A stretch of DNA of 64,000 nt from a virus: the IMG/VR virus record IMGVR_UViG_3300021185_002720, positions 8,149-72,148 of that record; one strand, 5' to 3'. Numbering within the stretch: the stretch's first letter is position 1; each line of letters starts with the position of its first letter. The position numbers were made by a program, and so were the translations under genes. This document shows positions 58,109 to 64,000 of the stretch, one piece after another. Below the pieces are notes generated by a model. The model had not been told where the DNA came from and did no database searches. It saw only the letters and a list, made by a program, of their open reading frames with translations.

Positions 58109-58864
58109 ATGAATACAAAGGTTATGAATTTAAAAACAGTAAAAATGTCGGATCTTACTTTTGATCCGCAATTGTTCCGTCCTATGAAATCTGGACGTGT
58201 TATCGATGCTCACTTCTCTTCTGAAGGTGGATTGATGAAAGGTACTAACTATGCAATCGTAGGTGATCCTGGAATTGGTAAGACTACAGTAATGCTTGAT
58301 ATGCTTGCTGACTTACAAGAGAAAGGTCAAAAGGTTTTATTTATCTCTGGTGAGATGAATCAGATCGATATGTTTGGATATGTAAAACGTTTTCCTAAGT
58401 TTGGTCAATTACCTATTTTGTTTATGGGTGACTACTGTGAGGATAATGCATTGGATGTTGTTAAGTCAATCTTATCAGAAGGATGGGATACTGTACTTAT
58501 CGATTCAATGGCAGAGATTCAGAATGCTGTAGTTGATACTACTAAAGGTTGGATGTCTGGAAAGAAAGCTGAAACTGAATTGCTTAACTTATTTGAGAAG
58601 CATAACATGGGTGAGAATGATTCTGAGATCAATACTTCATTCTTAGTTATTCAGCAGGTTACTAAAGGCGGAGAGTTCGCTGGTAGTAATAGATTCAAGC
58701 ATATGATGACTGGTATGGCTCATATGAAATGGACTAAAGAAGGTGATAGAACTTTCTTCTTCTCAAAGAACCGAAGAGGTGGAGATATGTCTGTTAGAAT
58801 GTTTAACCTTAGTACTCCTAATAGAGTTGGTTGGATGGGTACTTTAGCAGCTGGTCAAGAGTAA
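58109..58864 (+). CDS. RecA-superfamily ATPase (RadA/Sms-like ATPase domain)
   Basis: GDPGIGKTT, LFISGEM, LIDS, QVTKGGEFAG...KHM, KNRRG. Confidence 0.8.
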   Translation: MNTKVMNLKTVKMSDLTFDPQLFRPMKSGRVIDAHFSSEGGLMKGTNYAIVGDPGIGKTTVMLDMLADLQEKGQKVLFISGEMNQIDMFGYVKRFPKFGQLPILFMGDYCEDNALDVVKSILSEGWDTVLIDSMAEIQNAVVDTTKGWMSGKKAETELLNLFEKHNMGENDSEINTSFLVIQQVTKGGEFAGSNRFKHMMTGMAHMKWTKEGDRTFFFSKNRRGGDMSVRMFNLSTPNRVGWMGTLAAGQE

Positions 58865-59265
58865 TGGCGCTGTGGAATGTAAATGGAGAGATTGTTTATT
58901 CGGAAGGAGCACTTTCAGTAAGCAATCCTCCATCTAACCTTTGGGTTAAGCGACATGTGTATGAGGTGCCTTATAGTAATGTTGGAAAAGGAGGCTTTAT
59001 AATGAAAGATGGAAAGAAACTACATACTCCTTCTTGGACTGAAGTTCATCCCGAGACTACTCATGATGATATAGTCGTAAAGAAGAATCCTTTCGAAGAG
59101 TTATTCGTTGAGGAGAAGCAATGGAAGTTTAAATCAGGCTCTAGTAATAAAGAATATACCGTAAGGCATAATGCTAAAGGTAATCTGAGCTGTGATTGTA
59201 TGGGGTATATTGCTCATAGAAAGTGTAAACATATACGGGAAGTATCTAGTGAAATAGTTGCCTAG
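58864..59265 (+). CDS. SWIM zinc-finger protein
   Basis: YTV......SCDCMGY....KCKHI. Confidence 0.75.
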   Translation: MALWNVNGEIVYSEGALSVSNPPSNLWVKRHVYEVPYSNVGKGGFIMKDGKKLHTPSWTEVHPETTHDDIVVKKNPFEELFVEEKQWKFKSGSSNKEYTVRHNAKGNLSCDCMGYIAHRKCKHIREVSSEIVA

Positions 59266-59314
59266 GAACTTATTTATTCGTATATTTAAGTATAATTAAA
59301 AACAAATAAAGGTT
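59255..59314 (+). promoter_or_regulatory. class I promoter
   Basis: TTG 59258, TATATTTA 59281. Confidence 0.75.
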
Positions 59315-59818
59315 ATGTATTTATCAGTAAACAAAAATTATTCAAAGACAGATTGTAAAATTGCTAAGGCAGAAAAGAATGACTGTGTTGTCAGATCTAT
59401 TGCTGCTGCTACCGGCGTTAGTTACAGAACAGCTCATGCTTTTTGTAAAGAAGAGTTGGGTAGAGAAGATAAGAAAGGAACTAATAATATGCTTCTTTCT
59501 ACTACGTTCCTGAAAGCTCAGGACGATGGCTTAAAGTTAGGTAATAAAGTATTCGATGTTTACGGACTTAAGAAAGAAGAAGTAAAGAATAAATATAAGC
59601 TTAAAGGCGAAGAGATTTGGAGACAGAAGACTCTTAAAAGCTTTATTCAATCTCATCCTAAAGGTACTTTTATGGTACTAGTTGCTAGACATGCTCTTGT
59701 AGTTAAAGATGGAGAGTTGTTAGATTGGGAGAATAATAAGTTCGAACCTACTCGTAAGGTTATGGGTGCTTATAAAATTACTGAGAAGAGTTCTGTAACT
59801 CAATTAAGCTTATTTTAA
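59315..59818 (+). CDS. hypothetical protein ending in QLSLF
   Basis: NDCVVRSIAAATG...HPKG.F.V.V..H; class I promoter upstream. Confidence 0.65.
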   Translation: MYLSVNKNYSKTDCKIAKAEKNDCVVRSIAAATGVSYRTAHAFCKEELGREDKKGTNNMLLSTTFLKAQDDGLKLGNKVFDVYGLKKEEVKNKYKLKGEEIWRQKTLKSFIQSHPKGTFMVLVARHALVVKDGELLDWENNKFEPTRKVMGAYKITEKSSVTQLSLF

Positions 59819-59819
59819 T

Positions 59820-60053
59820 ATGGGACCTAATATATTTGAAACGTATAGAAAAGCAAAGAAGGTAGTTGCATCATGTGACTCCTTCTTGCACTATAGGACT
59901 GCTCAAAAGTATATATCTCTATGGTTTAAACAGCATAGCGTTTATCATACTAAAACCAGAACCTATTCAGCAGAACCTCTTCAACAGGAGTTATATGCTA
60001 AGTTACAATCACTATTGTATTTAAAGAAGTATGAATTAAAAAAGAAAAGCTAA
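59820..60053 (+). CDS. hypothetical protein
   Basis: KAKKVVASC motif. Confidence 0.55.
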   Translation: MGPNIFETYRKAKKVVASCDSFLHYRTAQKYISLWFKQHSVYHTKTRTYSAEPLQQELYAKLQSLLYLKKYELKKKS

Positions 60054-60214
60054 TGAACAATCACTGGTATAACGAAGGTAAGGAGATTATCAATCAAGGA
60101 CGGACTAGACGCCAAACAGAAGGTAACTATAAAGTAATGGGTATAGTACTTGTTGCTTTAGTAGTAGGAATTATAATTACACTTGTATGTGGCGTCTTTG
60201 GGCAAGGGCTTTAG
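60053..60214 (+). CDS. small membrane protein, 53 aa, missing from the ORF track
   Basis: MNNHWYNEG...QGRTRRQ followed by a TM segment. Confidence 0.5.
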   Translation: MNNHWYNEGKEIINQGRTRRQTEGNYKVMGIVLVALVVGIIITLVCGVFGQGL

Positions 60215-60345
60215 GAGAGAAGATAGGTGCTACCAAGAAGGAAGCAGATGCAGTAGCTAGGTTTAGAACCATTATAGTTGCTCAAGCAGTAATAACGAAT
60301 ATATTAATCGCAGTAAATATTATAATCAATTGGTTAAAGAATTAA
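60187..60345 (+). CDS. small membrane protein, 52 aa, missing from the ORF track
   Basis: MWRLWARALGEK...EADAVARFRT..., a pattern recalled from aquatic phages. Confidence 0.6.
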   Translation: MWRLWARALGEKIGATKKEADAVARFRTIIVAQAVITNILIAVNIIINWLKN

Positions 60346-61253
60346 ATAAATTTATATACGAGAGTAAGATAAACGTTCCAGTTGATCCTACCTTTGAACT
60401 AAGACCTGGAGTCTATGGATGGTGTGGTTCAGATGATCCTGAAACGTTTGAGAAGAATATTACATCAGATGTAAGAAGAAAGTATCTTGAAGAGTATATA
60501 GATAAACCAATAGAGTATAAACTTAATAAGCAGATGCTAAGATGTGATCTCGATATAGAAGAGATTAGAGATAAACCTGTTGACCTATACTTAGGATGTT
60601 CACATACATTCGGTACTGGACATTATAAAGAGAATACCTGGCCTTACCAAATGTCTAAGTATACCGGTAATATAGAAGTTAATCTAGGAAGACCTGGAGG
60701 TGATATAGAAGCTTCATATATGAGATTACTTCAGTACGTTAGGAGATTAAATGTAGCTAACGTATTTCATCTACAACCTCCTTATTATAGGTATGGCTAT
60801 AGGACGCATAATACTCATTCTACCTGGATGGTATGGAATGCTGAGAAAGAGATGAAAGACTTCTATGGTCAAGATTACGTTTGGAATAACTACCTCACAG
60901 ATGGTGCTAGAGAGTATAACTATATGAAATACCTAAACCTTATCAGGTATGAATGTAACAAACTAAACATTCCTTATTACCATTCTAACATTCGTAATAT
61001 AGAAGAAGCAGATACTGATTATATTCTAAAAGAGTATAAAAAGCTATGGACTGAAGAAGAGACTATGGAGGAAGCATTAGACTTTACTAAGTACGGAGAT
61101 GTACCTGCAAGAGATCTAATGCATTACCCAGTGAGTATAATGAAGAGAGCAAGTAGAATGTTCATAGATCTTTACGATGAGTATGAAGAAGGTCATGTTA
61201 ACGAAGCATTCGATACTGAGAAAGCATTAACCTATAACAATACATTAATATGA
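60330..61253 (+). CDS. SGNH-like protein
   Basis: LGCSHTFG, WP, NLGRPGG, ARDLMHY. Confidence 0.6.
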   Translation: MVKELNKFIYESKINVPVDPTFELRPGVYGWCGSDDPETFEKNITSDVRRKYLEEYIDKPIEYKLNKQMLRCDLDIEEIRDKPVDLYLGCSHTFGTGHYKENTWPYQMSKYTGNIEVNLGRPGGDIEASYMRLLQYVRRLNVANVFHLQPPYYRYGYRTHNTHSTWMVWNAEKEMKDFYGQDYVWNNYLTDGAREYNYMKYLNLIRYECNKLNIPYYHSNIRNIEEADTDYILKEYKKLWTEEETMEEALDFTKYGDVPARDLMHYPVSIMKRASRMFIDLYDEYEEGHVNEAFDTEKALTYNNTLI

Positions 61254-61801
61254 GTTCATTAGCATTTTATCCTATGCTCACTCCTAGAGAGGTAATAGAA
61301 GCAGGAGCGTTTGGAGGTTGTTACTTCGGTCTACCGATAGAAGAGTATACTAACTTCGAGTATCAAGAGTTATTCGATTATCATTTCGATGGCTTAGACA
61401 TGAGCTTATACTTAGGAGAAACGTATAAACCTCGTATGAATAAGTTTAAGATTAGATCTGGAATGGACTATGAGTACTGGAAGCGTATGAAATGGATGCA
61501 TGAAAGAGATCCATATGGTTGGTTTGAATGGTACTGTAAGTACAGTATGGGCTATAGAGGAGAGGATGATGATAGACAGATAAGACGTTGGCAGGACTTC
61601 TGTGGTGATAAAGGTAGATGGCGTAATAGAATCTATACTAGAATAGAAGAGACTGATGACTGGGAAGTAAGCCCGCGCATTCAACAATCATTACTCCATT
61701 GGGGTTATAGAGTTAATAAAGAAGATTACGAACAGTATAAAGCATATAAACATTATAGAAATGAACCAGAATATAATTCCTATAGCAGTAGTATATACTA
61801 A
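61250..61801 (+). CDS. conserved hypothetical protein
   Basis: LTPREV..GAFGG.YF, DPYGWFEWYC, DDRQI.RW, SPRIQQSLLHWG. Confidence 0.7.
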   Translation: MSSLAFYPMLTPREVIEAGAFGGCYFGLPIEEYTNFEYQELFDYHFDGLDMSLYLGETYKPRMNKFKIRSGMDYEYWKRMKWMHERDPYGWFEWYCKYSMGYRGEDDDRQIRRWQDFCGDKGRWRNRIYTRIEETDDWEVSPRIQQSLLHWGYRVNKEDYEQYKAYKHYRNEPEYNSYSSSIY

Positions 61802-61964
61802 AGGAGCAGGTATAAAGAAGTACCTAAAGGTATTTAACAACATAAGGCTTGTAGATAAGATAATAGCTCCTAGAAGCAAAGTACTTCCAGACAATGCTGT
61901 TATAGTAGATATAGGACAGGGTAGTGACTTTGAAGAGAAGTATAAGAAGAAGCATAAGTTATGA
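61761..61964 (+). CDS. hypothetical protein
   Basis: Coupled ORF. Confidence 0.5.
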   Translation: MNQNIIPIAVVYTKGAGIKKYLKVFNNIRLVDKIIAPRSKVLPDNAVIVDIGQGSDFEEKYKKKHKL

Positions 61965-62149
61965 TCAATAGCGGAAGAGAATGGGATTGGATGGATGAGC
62001 CTAAGGAGTTAGACTATAGTAAGGCATGGGAGGTATTCCAGAAGGACTATGGAGGACTATCATATGAGGACTTTAAAGCAAATGTATTCGCATATGATGA
62101 ATTAAAAGAAGAGTATGTGTTTAAAGATTTAATCAAGTTAATCAAATAA
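61961..62149 (+). CDS. hypothetical protein
   Basis: MINSGREWDWMD N-terminus. Confidence 0.5.
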   Translation: MINSGREWDWMDEPKELDYSKAWEVFQKDYGGLSYEDFKANVFAYDELKEEYVFKDLIKLIK

Positions 62150-62160
62150 ATAAATAAGTT

Positions 62161-62430
62161 ATGTGTACAAGTGGAATAATGTATGAGTTCGAAGATGAAC
62201 AAATAGAAGATTGTAGAATACAAAAAGACATTGAAGCGTCTATGGTAGAGGATTTAGAGGGATGGGGCTTTGATATGGAACGCTTGAGGGAGAGTGAGGG
62301 GGGTCGTCTCTCTCTCGACCGAAGGTCGCCACGCGCATTTTCGACGAATGTCTCAAATGATACCACCATCCAAACTACCAACCGTTGTAGTTATTCCGGT
62401 CTTAGGAGTACCTCTTCATATATGGAGTAA
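62161..62430 (+). CDS. hypothetical protein containing the in-frame hairpin element
   Basis: ORF ending CSYSGLRS..SY; the element at 62297-62336 is read in frame. Confidence 0.45.
   Translation: MCTSGIMYEFEDEQIEDCRIQKDIEASMVEDLEGWGFDMERLRESEGGRLSLDRRSPRAFSTNVSNDTTIQTTNRCSYSGLRSTSSYME
62297..62336 (+). repeat. GC-rich hairpin element, copy 2 (CGACC-GAA-GGTCG / CCACGCGC)
   Basis: Near-identical to 11866-11905. Confidence 0.75.
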
Positions 62431-62717
62431 TAGTGTCTAAGGTAGTGTACGGCTGAGGCTACACATAGATATTAATCATATAAGATATAGGGAGAGACTA
62501 AGGGTATCATATGTAGATCCTACGTAGAATGACCTATTATCCAATGAAGCCTATTAATAATAGCGAGTGTATATATTCATATAAAGATATAGCTATATAA
62601 ACCTATATAATGTATAGAGATAAACGTAGGTAATGTATGTATTTTAAGATAGGAACATCAGGCTTGGCCCTACCCCTGTTCTTTTTTTCTCTCTATATAG
62701 CAAAATAACCAGTGAAA

Positions 62718-62769
62718 TAGTTGGATCCTATTGTTTTTTTTCTTATATTAAGGTATAATAATAAAGGTT
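62718..62769 (+). promoter_or_regulatory. class I promoter
   Basis: TTG 62721, TATATTAA 62744. Confidence 0.7.
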
Positions 62770-63072
62770 ATGACATATACAGACAAGGTAAAAGGCTCTA
62801 AGGCAGTCCTTACGGCCATCCAATCACTTAAGAATGAAGAGAAGTTAAAGGTACAATATGGTACAGGCTATAAAGGCAAGCCTAACATATATACCATACA
62901 TGCCTATAGTGGTAGTAAAGGAGATATGTCCTATAGTATCTGGAGTAGCTTTAGTGGTATGAATATAGACTCTTTGGGTCCTACTATGGCTAAGGCCTAT
63001 ACCTTTGACATGATGTCACAGAAGACTAGCTATAACTTCCCATTATACCAGATGGAGATAGTTAGTGAATAA
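62770..63072 (+). CDS. hypothetical early protein
   Basis: Behind the class I promoter at 62721-62751, with AAAGGTTATG start. Confidence 0.65.
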   Translation: MTYTDKVKGSKAVLTAIQSLKNEEKLKVQYGTGYKGKPNIYTIHAYSGSKGDMSYSIWSSFSGMNIDSLGPTMAKAYTFDMMSQKTSYNFPLYQMEIVSE

Positions 63073-63124
63073 GTTGGTAGTCTGAATTATTATTCGTATA
63101 TTGTATATATAAAGAGAGATAGAT

Positions 63125-63331
63125 ATGGACAAGTTAATTAGATATACCGGCCTTACAGTACTAACCCTATTGGTACTTAGCATAGGTATAGCTGCCATAC
63201 ATGGCATTATCTGGATAGGAGTAAGAGGCTTAGGTCTAATGCTCAACTACCCACTAGAGGCCTTTGCCTTGACTTCGGTCCTAACTATCCTTATGTTGCT
63301 ACCTTGGGACAGGAATCCTTCCGGAAGCTAG
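63125..63331 (+). CDS. membrane protein
   Basis: Behind the promoter at 63074-63104; hydrophobic. Confidence 0.5.
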   Translation: MDKLIRYTGLTVLTLLVLSIGIAAIHGIIWIGVRGLGLMLNYPLEAFALTSVLTILMLLPWDRNPSGS

Positions 63332-63469
63332 ACGGCAGGTTGCCCTAACCTTGCCATAACACTGACGGTATAGTTCCCTTATAGGTACGCTATCGGCATG
63401 GCTGCGCCATACTAAGTTGCATATTTCTTATGATTTTTATGGGTATAGGTAATATATATTTATATATTG

Positions 63470-63937
63470 TTATAATAATGAGTTATTACCTTGTGGTACC
63501 GTCCATAGGTTTAAAGCTATTCGCGAGCCATTAGAGACTTTCTCTACACCGTGTAATATCTTACCGCCATTTAACACTATAGTATCTCCTTTAGCCATCT
63601 CTATATATGTCTTCTTCTTTATAACGAATCTTCCTCCTGTATAACCATCATTGAGTGCTGAGATTATAGTATAGTTGCTAGCTTTAGCGTCTCTATGGTG
63701 GGCTAATCCTTCTCCAATATTGTATTCATTTATATTCATCCACCTTTCGTTGAATTTCCAGGGAACTAGGGGAGAAAAAAATTCCAAAATTTTCGTATAT
63801 AGGGGGCCTTTGTTTAAGGTATATGGATATGTATCCCATTCTCCTCTTATATCTTCATATCCTTCGTTCTTATATGTAGAGACAATCTCATCACATAGAT
63901 CATTTGGTACGAAATTCTTATATATCTTATATTCCAT
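63470..63937 (-). CDS. 2OG-Fe(II) oxygenase
   Basis: HRD, YTGGRF, HGVEKV..G.RIALNLW. Confidence 0.85.
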   Translation of the reverse strand: MEYKIYKNFVPNDLCDEIVSTYKNEGYEDIRGEWDTYPYTLNKGPLYTKILEFFSPLVPWKFNERWMNINEYNIGEGLAHHRDAKASNYTIISALNDGYTGGRFVIKKKTYIEMAKGDTIVLNGGKILHGVEKVSNGSRIALNLWTVPQGNNSLL

Positions 63938-64000
63938 TATAGTGAATGTTGCTTGTACATGTATATATCATCTATTAGATAATCTATCTTCTGTATAGCA

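Noticed and set aside
2365-62381. Numerous short minus-strand ORFs
   Set aside because: They are antisense shadows of well-supported + strand genes, with no motifs of their own.
45655-63104. Repeated intergenic sequences considered as a CRISPR array or attC-type integron sites
   Set aside because: They are separated by whole genes rather than short spacers, are not palindromic, and no cas operon or integrase is present; a promoter interpretation fits better.
63675-63998. 107-aa + strand ORF
   Set aside because: It is antisense to the clear minus-strand 2OG-Fe(II) oxygenase.
1-64000. Stop-codon reassignment, or a bacterial chromosome origin
   Set aside because: Genes are full-length under code 11 using TAA, TAG and TGA stops. 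The gene mix, density and promoter repeats fit a phage despite groEL, nadE and neuB.

Overview
This AT-rich, gene-dense 64 kb window is almost entirely + strand, with a strand switch only at about 63.4 kb. It reads as part of a large lytic dsDNA phage genome, most likely infecting Bacteroidota/Flavobacteriia. That host call rests on TTG-N20-TATATT promoter repeats, the lack of obvious Shine-Dalgarno sites, and Hc1-like and T9SS-tail-like proteins. No capsid, terminase or tail genes are recognisable here. Contents in order: (1) a 7-deazaguanine DNA-modification locus (MazG-like, TGT/DpdA-like, formyltransferase, P-loop kinase, QueF) and a divergent family A DNA polymerase; (2) Hsp20-GroES-GroEL, NadE, APRT and a nucleosidase; (3) a modifying-enzyme cluster ending in an ATP-grasp-like/Hint-like protein; (4) an exported CsgG/cohesin/beta-barrel module; (5) a lysis cassette; (6) a roughly 15 kb glycosylation island (GT4/GT2, NeuB/NeuA, pyruvyl-, methyl- and sulfotransferases, CysC); (7) an early-type region of small genes, many behind a repeated promoter, plus tRNA-Arg(UCU). 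The main unexplained signals are a shared C-terminal [T/S/K]-L-[I/L] tail on unrelated tailoring enzymes, a GC-rich GAA-triloop hairpin element present twice 50 kb apart, nine copies of the palindrome TTCCGGAA, and two promoter classes. All calls come from reading motifs by eye; no searches were run.
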